In this document: positions 9,486-19,229 of the stretch, in pieces | Layout of the letters: every line of letters begins with the position of its first letter | How positions within the stretch are numbered: position 1 is the stretch's first letter | Source of the DNA: an uncultured Verrucomicrobiae bacterium | Lineage (GTDB): Bacteria; Chlamydiota; Chlamydiia; Chlamydiales; Rhabdochlamydiaceae | Assembly (NCBI GenBank): GCA_963718565.1 | Contig: OY970364.1 | Coordinates: forward strand, 1,024,001-1,088,000 | DNA length: 64,000 nucleotides | Reading direction: 5' to 3' | Translations under genes and position numbers: made by a program | Notes under the pieces: generated by a model | What the model was told of the DNA's origin: nothing | What the model saw: only the letters and a program-made list of their open reading frames with translations | Database searches by the model: none

Positions 9486-12400
9486 CTAAAAAAACTTGCC
9501 GATTTTGCCAAGGAGTTCGTTTGAGGTATAACCACTGCCAAATTCGCCAGTATATTCTGCGCTAAAAAACCAGCCCTGTTTTTCCCTAAAGAAAATCTCA
9601 AGACCTGGAGAAAATTGATGCTGGTCTTTTTTAAATGTGGTGACTGTGAATCCAGGCGCTTCTCCAACGATGGCGATATCAGGTAACTTGCCGATATGGA
9701 ATGCCTTTTTGTTCACATAGCTCGCTGACTGGCGAAAAATCAAAATTCCCCAGCTGCCTTGCCAAGTTTCGTAGGCATTTAAACCCATCTCGCTGCGCAA
9801 CATCGAGGAGTTATGGCTGCGAAACTTCATGTTCAAAGGAGCTGCGCCCCGCTCAGAAAACCCTTGCTGCATGATGTAGACCCAGTCCAAACGCGCGAAA
9901 GGTTCAATGACCCCCCAGTTGAAATTGACATCGTAGCCAAAGCCGAGATGAGGAGCGACCTGCCAGCCATGAGATACTCCCTTGGCTCGTTCATTAAACC
10001 CAGGAAAAGTGATATGCCGTTTACTTTCATAGTGGTCATAAGCTGCTAAAAAACCGAGATCGATGTAGAAATCATCGACATAGCCACTGCCGTATACCAT
10101 AGCGCTATAAATATCGATTAAACCAGAGCCTGCATCGTGGTCATCTTTGACGTGACTTCTGGCGTATCCGACGGCTGCTCCCAGTTGTCCATTTTTAGCT
10201 CCTAGATAATCCATTCCAAAGAGAGCGCCTCCAGTCCAAAAATCAAAGCCGGGATTTTGACTTTGCGCATCTTGATGCGCCCACTCCCCAAGGCCGCCAA
10301 GCCAAAGATCATAGTGGTCCTGTTCTTTTGCGAGGTTAGCAGCGTGTCCGGCGGCAGGAGCTGGACTTTGCGCAGTTTGCAAAGACCATTCTCCAACTCC
10401 TTCTATCCACATCTCGCAAGCAGCATCGCCATCTCCTTCTGCAAAACTCTCAGAGGAGCAAACGAACAACTCCTGTAATTCCTGTCTTTTTTGTTGTTGA
10501 AAGAGATCCGCTGCGAGAAGAGGAGATTCATTCTGCCGATCGAGTTTTTTCTGTGAAAAGATCGTCGCAATCGCTTCTGGATGTCTTTTTTGCATGCTGT
10601 GCAAAATACGCTGACTTGAAAGCCTAGAAGAAAAAGGCCCCATCAAAGCAAACGTTGTATTTGCTGTCACATAAGTTAAAAAGGAGTTTCGTGAAGGAGA
10701 AATGCTGTTCAAAGCAGACTTCAGTTGATCTGACGATAAATCAAAGAGCTGCATCAAGACCGTTTGCAGCGCTGGTTGATCTCTTAAAAAATTGAGATAA
10801 TCAGCCACAGCAGCAGCATTTCCTGAAATTCCAGGATAAGTGAGGATGAGCTGTTTTAACAGGAATTGTACAGAAGTATCCGTATAGCTTAGGGCATAAG
10901 TGAAGCCAATAGGAAGGTCGATAGCAATATTGCTAAACGTTCCGGTGATGGAGCTCGCATTTAAAAAAGGAAAATCGACAGAAATAGGATAGGTTCCGGG
11001 ATCCAAAATGACGTTTAGCGTTCCATTTAACGACGCTGAACCTGTGACTTGATATACGGAAGAAGCTAAGGGGCTCAACTCGAGATTTGTGATACTCCCA
11101 CTAGATAGATTTAAATCGCCATTAATCGCTATTGTACCGATCGAATTCCCTGCATACATGGAGCCACCGCTATCTACTGTTACAGATCCACCGATTGTGC
11201 CTATACCTCCTAAGGTCGCTCCACTACTCACAAGCACCGAACCCATGACCAGCCCGTTGACAGAGAGCCTTCCGCTGCTGATGGTTGTCAACCCCGTGTA
11301 CGTATTCGTTCCACCTAAGATCAATGTCCCCGTTCCACTTTTAATGAGCTGGCCAGCTCCGCTGATTCCCCCTTCAAAAGTAGACGATGCATCCCCACTA
11401 AGAATTAACGTACTCGCACTATTTGTGAGTACAGCGGATCCCGAAGTCCCGACAAGCGAGCTGATGGTTAAGCTATACCCCGTCAGACCCAACGTAGCTC
11501 CTGCTGCCGCCAGATCTACTTGCGTACTTGAAGGAAGAGCATTGGAACTGCCCATTTTTAAAGTGCCGCCATTCACCGTCGTGCTTCCCGAATAACTGTT
11601 TGTAACCGATGGCGCCAGAACTAAAGTCCCCATTCCACTCTTTGTCACTCCTCCTGCACCCTCCATATTGCCTAGAAGAGTAAGGGTGGAAGAGGAAGCG
11701 GGAACATCGAACATTCCCGATTCTGTTAAAGTGATCTCCTGCGTAAGGGAAAGCGTATTTGTCGCTTGGAGTATCCCCCCATTAAAGATCAAAGGGTTTG
11801 AGGATGCGCCTAGGTTATCCGCTATGGAAATGCTGACAACTCCCCCACTGAAAGAGGTCCCTCCCGAGTAAAAATTAGATCCAGAAAGAGTAAAAGTGCC
11901 TCCTCCCTGTTTAATCAATGCACCCGCGCCTGAAATCGCGCCGGCAAAATTCGTATTGGTATTGTCGCCTCCAGTGGTCAGCGTGCCTGCTCCCAATGTC
12001 ACTGTCGCCGCCGATGCGCCGCTAAGAGAAGCTATTGTTTGATTGAAGCCATTCAGATTGAGGATAGACGTTCCCGAAAGAGCAATCGTGCTTTGGCTAG
12101 AAAAAGCATCATTTACCGCTGCCTGCAGAGTCCCACTGGAGACCGTAGTACTCCCCGAATACGCATTTGCACTCGATGCGGCAGCAAAGATCAGTGTTCC
12201 CCCTCCCAGCTTTGTGATCCCCCCAGAGCCTGTGATCTCACTTTGAAGTGTCAAATTATTGCCATTCGTATCAATAGAAGAATTAGGATTGGATGTGCTT
12301 AAATCCCGTGTAGAAGAAAGAGCAATAGATCCCCCTGCTTGTAAAGTTCCTCCTGCAAGGGTTACAGGACCAGATATACTGCCCAGCACAGCATCAGCGC

Positions 12401-13907
12401 TTGCACTCAGTATCCCATTTGTGATCGTCGTCCCCCCTTGATAAGTATTGCTCGTAGAAGTGAGCGCGATCACACTTGCGCCTTGAGACAAGTTGATGTT
12501 AATCCCTGCATCTTGGTTGCTGCCTGTAGCGGCGGTATCCGATTGAATGGCAAAAGAGATTGTGGAGTTATTAGCACCTGCAAATTCAAGGGAAGCTTCC
12601 CTAAATAAAAACAGATTATTTGCCAGTGCGCTACCGCTTTGAGCAGTCGTCGATCCCCCCGTCCCTCCAGAGCCGCCAGTTACCGTATTGCTAGATACAC
12701 TGACTCCATCATCTATCACAAGCATCGCCCCGTCGCCGACAAAAATCCCACCGCCAATTCCTGCTCCGCCACCACCGCCACCTGCAATGCTTGGACTCGT
12801 CGATCCATTAGCACCCCTTCCTCCATACGATCCTCCACTTCCTCCCATCGCTGGGTTGAAAGCACCTCCGCCGCCTCCTCCGCCACCAAAGCCGCCTCCC
12901 CCTCCGCCACCATTATCCGAACCACCCGAACCGCCACCGCCTCCTCCGCCCAAACCAGCGCCACCGCCGCCGACGGCATCGGACGTACTGCCGGCAAGTC
13001 CCCCTACACCTCCGCTACCATAACCTCCGCCGCCGCCAGCAGGATTCGTAGGGATAGGGAGGTTTCCATTTCCTCCTCCATTTCCACCGCCGCCACCACC
13101 TCCGATGCCGGCACCTCCGCCCCCTCCACAGTACCCTCCGCTCGCGCCATTCCCTCCCGTTGCAGATTGTCCGCTGCCATTACCTCCGCCGGATCCTCCT
13201 GTTCCAGATGTCCCCGCGTTCCCGCCAGCTCCACCTCCATATCCGATGTTTCCTTCACTGATGCCACCTCCTGTGGCTCCGCTGCCTGCATGGTCACCGC
13301 CCGCTGCACCGGAACTATTTTGCCCATTTTTATTCCCAATCGTCCAACTCGCGCCGCCACCGCCGCCTCCTTGCAATGTCGTGGGTGATGAAGATCCATT
13401 GCCGCCGCTACCACCCTCTGCCAGACAAGAGGTGATAGAAGTATTGCCAAGCGTGAGCGTTTGTCCAAGATCTACATAAATACCCCCACCCGCCCCGAGC
13501 CCTCCTCCCCCAGCGCCAGAATCTTTTGCCCCATTTCCTCCATTGCCCCCTTTTGCCAGTCCCTCTGTCAGCACGAGATTTTGCAGATTTAACGAAGCCT
13601 GAAAAGTCGCAAAAAGGCGATAGCTATTGCTAGCGCCACTGATCATCTGTCCTGCATTTGTGGAAGTGATCATCACATTTTTTTGAATCACTGGCAGATC
13701 GGAAGCGAGTAAAATCGTCGCCGCGCCCGGAATGGTTATCGTAATCGTATTGCTAGAATCCGTTGAGCTATTCAAAGACGTGATGGCCGTGCGCAAGCTG
13801 CCCGCGCCACTATCCGCATTTGTTATGACGGAAAAAGAAGCAGCGGACAGAGTTTGAACGATGAAAAGACAAAACAGCGCCCCTACTACTTTTATCTGAT
13901 ACTGCAT
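9486..13907 (-). CDS. Glycine-rich autotransporter (type Va) with passenger-associated beta-strand repeats
   Basis: Signal peptide; NADSGAGSLR; poly-Gly region; repeated (L)xKxGxGTLxLxGxNxYxGxTxxxxGxL; C-terminal barrel ending in F. Confidence 0.93.
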   Translation of the reverse strand: MQYQIKVVGALFCLFIVQTLSAASFSVITNADSGAGSLRTAITSLNSSTDSSNTITITIPGAATILLASDLPVIQKNVMITSTNAGQMISGASNSYRLFATFQASLNLQNLVLTEGLAKGGNGGNGAKDSGAGGGGLGAGGGIYVDLGQTLTLGNTSITSCLAEGGSGGNGSSSPTTLQGGGGGGASWTIGNKNGQNSSGAAGGDHAGSGATGGGISEGNIGYGGGAGGNAGTSGTGGSGGGNGSGQSATGGNGASGGYCGGGGGAGIGGGGGGGNGGGNGNLPIPTNPAGGGGGYGSGGVGGLAGSTSDAVGGGGAGLGGGGGGGSGGSDNGGGGGGGFGGGGGGGGAFNPAMGGSGGSYGGRGANGSTSPSIAGGGGGGAGIGGGIFVGDGAMLVIDDGVSVSSNTVTGGSGGTGGSTTAQSGSALANNLFLFREASLEFAGANNSTISFAIQSDTAATGSNQDAGININLSQGASVIALTSTSNTYQGGTTITNGILSASADAVLGSISGPVTLAGGTLQAGGSIALSSTRDLSTSNPNSSIDTNGNNLTLQSEITGSGGITKLGGGTLIFAAASSANAYSGSTTVSSGTLQAAVNDAFSSQSTIALSGTSILNLNGFNQTIASLSGASAATVTLGAGTLTTGGDNTNTNFAGAISGAGALIKQGGGTFTLSGSNFYSGGTSFSGGVVSISIADNLGASSNPLIFNGGILQATNTLSLTQEITLTESGMFDVPASSSTLTLLGNMEGAGGVTKSGMGTLVLAPSVTNSYSGSTTVNGGTLKMGSSNALPSSTQVDLAAAGATLGLTGYSLTISSLVGTSGSAVLTNSASTLILSGDASSTFEGGISGAGQLIKSGTGTLILGGTNTYTGLTTISSGRLSVNGLVMGSVLVSSGATLGGIGTIGGSVTVDSGGSMYAGNSIGTIAINGDLNLSSGSITNLELSPLASSVYQVTGSASLNGTLNVILDPGTYPISVDFPFLNASSITGTFSNIAIDLPIGFTYALSYTDTSVQFLLKQLILTYPGISGNAAAVADYLNFLRDQPALQTVLMQLFDLSSDQLKSALNSISPSRNSFLTYVTANTTFALMGPFSSRLSSQRILHSMQKRHPEAIATIFSQKKLDRQNESPLLAADLFQQQKRQELQELFVCSSESFAEGDGDAACEMWIEGVGEWSLQTAQSPAPAAGHAANLAKEQDHYDLWLGGLGEWAHQDAQSQNPGFDFWTGGALFGMDYLGAKNGQLGAAVGYARSHVKDDHDAGSGLIDIYSAMVYGSGYVDDFYIDLGFLAAYDHYESKRHITFPGFNERAKGVSHGWQVAPHLGFGYDVNFNWGVIEPFARLDWVYIMQQGFSERGAAPLNMKFRSHNSSMLRSEMGLNAYETWQGSWGILIFRQSASYVNKKAFHIGKLPDIAIVGEAPGFTVTTFKKDQHQFSPGLEIFFREKQGWFFSAEYTGEFGSGYTSNELLGKIGKFF

Positions 13908-13928
13908 ATGACTCTATTTCTAAAACAA

Positions 13929-13946
13929 TCCATAACATGTAACAGG
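13929..13946 (+). repeat. 18-bp direct repeat copy 1, TCCATAACATGTAACAGG
   Basis: Identical to 15268-15285; weaker similarity continues ~35 bp. Confidence 0.8.
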
Positions 13947-14063
13947 ATTAAACTTAACGGATTTTAGTGGACTCTATTCAATCATTTTTCTCATGATCTA
14001 CATCTATGCGACTCTGGTGGTTTTTACTTTCCAGATAATTCTCGACTTCTTGTCCTGATTGGC

Positions 14064-14501
14064 ATGAAAATGGAGTTTATATACCCAAACAACTTGAAAA
14101 ATTGGTTTTTGACTGCGTCGGCAGCCATTGCCTTTGAGCCCGCGTCCATCGCACAACTTATTCAAGTTGTGCTGCTTCCGCGCCGGCTTCGCCTGCCTCA
14201 AATGCAGGGCGCCTTCTTGCCAAATTCCCAGTTTTTCAAGTTGTTTGGGTATAGCAAGAATTTTGTAATTGCCTGTAGGCACAAAAACGAAGCTGATTAT
14301 GAAAGTGCTATTGGATGGGCATCGCAAACAGCTCTGCGCGATGTGATTGGAAAGACGATGTTTTCCGACATGCTTGAGAGACGCAGTAAAATTAGCGGAG
14401 ATCTTGCTGGGATGACAGCATTGACTATGGGCTTGGAGCAAAAGCCACCCGGCAATGCAAAAAAAGATGAGATAGAAAATAAGAACCGCAGGGAACCGTG
14501 A
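14064..14501 (+). pseudogene. Decayed ORF containing an SPFH/stomatin-like fragment
   Basis: DYESAIGWASQTALRDVIGKT..SDML.RRSKI resembles the band-7 core; the rest of the domain is missing. Confidence 0.5.
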
Positions 14502-14712
14502 ATTTACTAAATCATTTCGCAACGGTATGCTCCTCATCATCCTAAAAAGCTTACTTCGTGGTGTCGTCTGAAACAGCTCAGCCATCCCCTTTTGATTCAG
14601 CCAAACAGTCTCCTCTTGAAGATGGACTTCAATACGCTGGCAACCGTCTTATTATAAAACCTACCATACAAAACTGTGTGAAAAAGATCAAACTGCGGAT
14701 AAGGAATCTCCC

Positions 14713-14937
14713 ATGAGCCGTTCTAGAAAAAAGAACCCCATTATTTCTATAGCTTGTTGCGGTAAAGGCACTGGAATGCGATCCGCTAAACGAAAGGCAA
14801 ACCGAAGGCTCCGAAGACATTTGAATCAAACCCTCGACACTGAATATGCTAAAAAATTCAAACAATTTGAAGAAAGGTGGTCTTGGCCTGACGATGGCAA
14901 GCAATGGTGGGAGGATCAGAAGGCTTATAGAAAATGA
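14713..14937 (+). CDS. Small basic hypothetical protein
   Basis: AAGGA RBS; MSRSRKKNP...KRKANRRLRR...WSWPDDGKQWW. Confidence 0.7.
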   Translation: MSRSRKKNPIISIACCGKGTGMRSAKRKANRRLRRHLNQTLDTEYAKKFKQFEERWSWPDDGKQWWEDQKAYRK

Positions 14938-15059
14938 CCTTGGTTTATCTAGAACCCTGTTCCTTTTCTCCGGCAATGAGTCAAGGGCAACCCAAAATGG
15001 CGCACCCTAGTCTCTTGCTCTCGGCTTACTTGCGATTGAAAAATGAGATACGGCACCGC

Positions 15060-15272
15060 TTAGACATTTTTTAATACTCTGAAATCGACAGGTGAAGTCA
15101 AAATCAAATATTTACCCGGCTTTTCAGGCTTTCCCTTGATAGATATCGCTTGATCATCCCTGTGTGCATCACAAGCAAGCCGATAGTCTTCTTGGGATAA
15201 TACCGCGCGAATCTGGCAAGGCCTGCCTTTTTCAGTCTCCCACTCGATAACAATTGTTCCGTAGAGTTCCAT
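15060..15272 (-). pseudogene. Probable C-terminal fragment of a hypothetical protein cut at the element A boundary
   Basis: ATG lies within the 18-bp repeat; LSQEDYRLACDAH....ISIKG reads like a C-terminal domain. Confidence 0.5.
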
Positions 15273-15285
15273 AACATGTAACAGG
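15268..15285 (+). repeat. 18-bp direct repeat copy 2; candidate left end of element A
   Basis: Identical to 13929-13946; ~70 bp outside the arm-like repeats. Confidence 0.8.
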
Positions 15286-15345
15286 GCAAAGCTTAAGGAA
15301 TTAGAGAATTTTCTTCAATGTAGAAATCCGTGAAGTCCCGTGTGG

Positions 15346-15382
15346 TTTTGTGGGCCAATGCAGCAATAATGCAGCATTTAGG
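15346..15382 (+). repeat. Arm-type integrase site candidate (left)
   Basis: TTTTGTGG gcc AATGCAGCAAT AATGCAGCATT TAGG, matching 35731-35764. Confidence 0.65.
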
Positions 15383-15429
15383 CGATCGATTGCTATTTTT
15401 AGAGCCCAGGGGTTATCCAGTGTCATTTT

Positions 15430-16206
15430 CTAAAACCGATACCCGAATATGAGACGAGTTCCATAAATGTTTTGAACTTCCGCAAAGGTAAGCTTGAGGA
15501 AATAGGGTTCAAGCTGAATATCCCACCTCTTCTTAGAACCAACTCGCCAAATCAGAGGGATTCCAATTTCCCCTCCCCATAAACCATTATGAGTGACCCG
15601 TTTCAATCTCAAGAATCTCCATTTTTCCTCTCTATACATGGAGCCGAATATCTTAAAATTTACGCCAAGGTTAAAGCTCTTTGAAAGTTCATATTGAGAG
15701 CGAACCCCTCCGCCTAAATAGGAGATGCTTTCATCAAAATGGTGATGATCACTACCACTGCCAAAACTATTTTCTCCGATGCATAAAAAGGGCGTTGTTA
15801 ACCATCGAGGTGTAGAAATAGTATATCCAAACCGCATTTCAAGATTGCCAAAACCGGTTCTTCCATCACTCTGAGGAAAGCCCCCTCCCTTAAACGATTC
15901 ATGAAACCCGTGATTCGCGCCGGCAACCAGAATGTCTATTCCAAAATAAAAAGCATCAGGTTTTAAGTACTCATATCCGATTTTCAAACCTAAAAAAAAT
16001 TTAGCACCATGAACCCTTACACCATTAAAATGGCTATTCAGATCTAGACAAAAAACTTCCGGACCAAAGTAAATGAAATTTGGATTTTTTCGAAAGGTTG
16101 ACACCATATCCGTCTTAGTCTCTTCGCCAAGCTTGGTCTCTACGCAATATAGACTAAGGCTAGTGGCGATCGTTAAAACATTAAACGATAATAATATTTT
16201 ATTCAT
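15430..16206 (-). CDS. Outer-membrane beta-barrel protein
   Basis: Signal peptide; amphipathic strands (LGLKIGYEY, LEMRFGYT, WDIQLEPYF); C-terminal GYRF. Confidence 0.8.
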   Translation of the reverse strand: MNKILLSFNVLTIATSLSLYCVETKLGEETKTDMVSTFRKNPNFIYFGPEVFCLDLNSHFNGVRVHGAKFFLGLKIGYEYLKPDAFYFGIDILVAGANHGFHESFKGGGFPQSDGRTGFGNLEMRFGYTISTPRWLTTPFLCIGENSFGSGSDHHHFDESISYLGGGVRSQYELSKSFNLGVNFKIFGSMYREEKWRFLRLKRVTHNGLWGGEIGIPLIWRVGSKKRWDIQLEPYFLKLTFAEVQNIYGTRLIFGYRF

Positions 16207-16295
16207 ATAACCGATTTAATTGTTAATACTATTTGTTGTTCATTTGATTGTGATAGTATCTGAACTCATCGTAACTCTGGGGTGTAATCTTTCTT

Positions 16296-17714
16296 TCAGA
16301 AATTCACAACATTACCAGTAAAAAATCCAGTATGATCCAGTCCCCCATTATCTAGAGGCAGCTGCCCTCGTTTTTTCTTCCGTTTCCTAAAAGGATTAAA
16401 GAGCTGACGCCTTTGCGAATAAATTGTCTCGCCAATATTCATTGCGGCCCACGCTTTCACTTGTTTTTTGTTACAGGTTCCTAGTGCTGCTTGAACAGTT
16501 TCTAAGTCTAACTTTCCCAGACAGGCGGCCAATGACAGCACAAAAGGGGTAAATCCGTCCTTTGAGTCTTCATCCATCAATTGCTTTAACTTACCAAAAC
16601 TAGACTCAATAATTTCTGTGCTACCTAAAGCCACTTGATCGAGGTCTTTTGTCTGATCAATCACGAAATCAAGGATACTGCCTGCAAACTGATCAGCACG
16701 GACCCCTACTTGCAGGTTCTGTAGCTCTTTTTCCAACTCCTCTGCAGTTTTGTTGTGGAGGTGTTCTGTTCGAATTTTTTGTCTTACGATTCTCCCAATG
16801 AGCAACATCTCGGATATTTCCTTGATCATAGGCTCACTGGATCTGACCCATCCAAATTGCTCAAGCAATTCCCTCAAGTCCGCCTCGCTCTTTTCGACCT
16901 CACAATTCTTCTGTTCTATTTTTTTCTGATGTTCATTTTCCATTTTTTTGAGGTGATCTAGAATTTTATTTGCCCAGCCGGTTAGTTCGTCAAGATTCAT
17001 ATATCTAGCTTTACTCCTCTGACTCGGAGGGCATAGTGCTGCCCATTTCGTCCATTGGAGTTTCTGCTTCATCTGAGAGGCTTTCGACGCAAATTCTGTC
17101 CATTCAAGTTCCGCAGCTTCCACCCCCAACAAGTTGGCTATTTTGTGAGCAATATCATTCATTACGGGAATTTTTCTGCCTTCGGCTTCTTGGACGCTCT
17201 GCGTATACAATCTGGTTGCAGATACAATATCCGATCCTTGATCATGACAAAATTGTCTGTATTGACCTACTGTCTCTTCACTTTTCTTGAGAATCTCATA
17301 GATGATTGGGCCACTTGTTTTTTCCAAAACCTCCAGGTGCAGAACGTGTACGTCTTCAAATGTCAATGCCTTAGCTTTCAAAAAAGTCGTAGCCCGTACG
17401 CCCAGAATCAAAAGACATTTTTTTGAGCCAATCTGAATAGATAAATCGATCATCCCAATCCAATCATTTGATTTCTGAATTGAGGTCAGCTTGTAATAAC
17501 CCACCTGCAAGATCCAATCGCGAATCGCAGTATGAGAGGGCATTTTGCATTGTAGCCAAAAATAACAGCGAATGAACGCCTCTCTGGCTCCGCGAAGGCT
17601 TAGTCCTCCTGAAAGAATCAATAGGAGCGATATCAGGATAACAGTTGCCGAATAGCGCCGACGAGGGATTTTTTTGTCTTGTTCCCCCGGGAGGCTTGTT
17701 GCTGCATCTGCCAT
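16296..17714 (-). CDS. Putative DDE transposase (OrfB)
   Basis: WIGMIDLSIQIG, CHDQGSD, DIAHKIAN (C/DxxH), STEIIESSFGKLK; inside the TIRs. Confidence 0.75.
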   Translation of the reverse strand: MADAATSLPGEQDKKIPRRRYSATVILISLLLILSGGLSLRGAREAFIRCYFWLQCKMPSHTAIRDWILQVGYYKLTSIQKSNDWIGMIDLSIQIGSKKCLLILGVRATTFLKAKALTFEDVHVLHLEVLEKTSGPIIYEILKKSEETVGQYRQFCHDQGSDIVSATRLYTQSVQEAEGRKIPVMNDIAHKIANLLGVEAAELEWTEFASKASQMKQKLQWTKWAALCPPSQRSKARYMNLDELTGWANKILDHLKKMENEHQKKIEQKNCEVEKSEADLRELLEQFGWVRSSEPMIKEISEMLLIGRIVRQKIRTEHLHNKTAEELEKELQNLQVGVRADQFAGSILDFVIDQTKDLDQVALGSTEIIESSFGKLKQLMDEDSKDGFTPFVLSLAACLGKLDLETVQAALGTCNKKQVKAWAAMNIGETIYSQRRQLFNPFRKRKKKRGQLPLDNGGLDHTGFFTGNVVNF

Positions 17715-18010
17715 TTTTTTTTAAGTTCTTCGAACTCTTTAGCATGGGTAACAGCCTCTTGTTCGCGTAATTTTCTTTCTGCCTCGATCAAAGCCTCTTT
17801 TTCTGCGATTTCATTTTTTAAGGCTTTATTTTCTTGAGTTTTTTCTTCACACTTCTTTTTCCACTGGGCTCTACTGTGCTCAAGATCTAATGCTTTACCC
17901 TCTAGTGCCTTAATTTTTTCTGCTTTCTCGCGATTTCTCGCTTTGAATTCATCGCGACTCTCGCAAAGACGATGGCTTCGCTTACGCCAATCTCGTGATG
18001 GAACATTCAT
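17633..18010 (-). CDS. IS OrfA, coiled-coil; likely fused to OrfB by a -1 shift at an A9 run
   Basis: CTT AAA AAA AAA TGG at 17711-17725; OrfB is in the -1 frame. Confidence 0.7.
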   Translation of the reverse strand: MNVPSRDWRKRSHRLCESRDEFKARNREKAEKIKALEGKALDLEHSRAQWKKKCEEKTQENKALKNEIAEKEALIEAERKLREQEAVTHAKEFEELKKKWQMQQQASRGNKTKKSLVGAIRQLLS

Positions 18011-18300
18011 AGAGCTGCTCTCCTAAAATTAAGACGAGCCATTTTGCATGATTGTTTTAACAGAGTCAAAAAAATTTCCTTAGAAGAGAATTTTCAATAT
18101 CCCCCTACAAAGTATTGCATCAATAAAGCCCGATACATCGAGAGCGGCTCTTCCTGAGCCGATCTCGATGTATCGGAACAGCGCCGTAGGACGCTGGGAA
18201 TATAACTGGGATGAGTCAGAGGGTTTAATATCAGAGGGGGGATGTTACCGTTTCTTGCCGGAATTGTTGCTCAGAGAAAATTTCAAATATGGATCAAAGT

Positions 18301-19056
18301 TTACACCCCATCGTAACTCATGCCATTGTATTGGCTACTTTTTTTCCATTTGTTATAAGCCTCTTTGATATCATTGGCTCCTTTGATTATTTTTAAAACA
18401 GTGTCAATCCAATCTTTTACTTCCAAACACCATTTTGTGAATTTTTTCCAAAATGATTTATGCTTACAAAATTCGATTGAATAATCATCTTGAGCGCTGC
18501 TGAATAATAAATCGCCACCTAATGGTAGCGGGTCAGCGAATTGAAATGCGGGCAACAGTTCCTCAGCCATATCTTCGACCAGGGAAAATAAAAGCTCTCT
18601 TATTTCGGATGAAGGAGCAAGAATGGCTAAATTTTGCAAAAATTGTAGAGCAACTTTAGATTCTTCATATGTCGTCTGACTGCATTCATCTTTTTCAGAA
18701 GGAAGATCATCCCCATCATCGTATTCATTGAAATTTAGAAATAATGAGCCTATGGCTTGTTTGCATTGATCATGAAATCCCAAGCAGTCATACGCGATCA
18801 CTTGACCGAAGGTGATTAGAAATCCAATAGGGCAAGAGGAGCTGTCGGATTTGTCCAGAAGTGAATTAGCTCTTTGAAACTGCTCTAGGGCTTTCCATGG
18901 TTCATGTGATAGTAGATGAACGTTCCCATAGCTAAAGTACAATAAGGCTTCATTTTGCCATTCTTGTAGCGGATAATGAAATTCATTAGAAGTTTCCTCC
19001 GAAAAGATCGGTAATCCAGTGATGAAGAGCAGTGCTGAGATCATCCATTTGATCAT
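18301..19056 (-). CDS. Secreted TPR-like hypothetical protein; native C-terminus displaced to 16229-16277 by the IS
   Basis: Signal peptide, GGAGG RBS, YFSYGNVHL...ALEQFQRA; removing the IS restores ...MSYDEFRYYHNQMNNK*. Confidence 0.8.
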   Translation of the reverse strand: MIKWMISALLFITGLPIFSEETSNEFHYPLQEWQNEALLYFSYGNVHLLSHEPWKALEQFQRANSLLDKSDSSSCPIGFLITFGQVIAYDCLGFHDQCKQAIGSLFLNFNEYDDGDDLPSEKDECSQTTYEESKVALQFLQNLAILAPSSEIRELLFSLVEDMAEELLPAFQFADPLPLGGDLLFSSAQDDYSIEFCKHKSFWKKFTKWCLEVKDWIDTVLKIIKGANDIKEAYNKWKKSSQYNGMSYDGV

Positions 19057-19229
19057 ATTCGGCCTCCGTAAAGAATAAAAAATTTAAAGCCACATTAGAA
19101 TCTGAAGTGGATAAATGGTCAAGGAAAAGTTTTTTATCGTCTCGATACTTTCTAGTGAGCTTTGGAGCGTGAACGGTAATTTTCAGGAAAGATTCTTTTA
19201 CAGTAGAGAGAAGTTCATTGGCCAGATTA

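Larger units (their letters stand above)
16278..18310 (-). mobile_element. Complete 2033-bp insertion sequence of uncertain family (Mutator-like DDE)
   Basis: TIRs TGGGGTGTAA(T/A)CTTT; 9-bp TSD TCGTAACTC at 16269-16277 and 18311-18319. Confidence 0.9.

Noticed and set aside
12639..13479. Pro-rich, Ser/Ala-rich and Glu/Val-rich ORFs
   Set aside because: Alternative-frame and antisense shadows of the GGN-rich autotransporter region
13929..13946. dif/XerCD site
   Set aside because: Only a CATAA half resembles the XerC arm; no TTATGTTAAAT-like XerD arm
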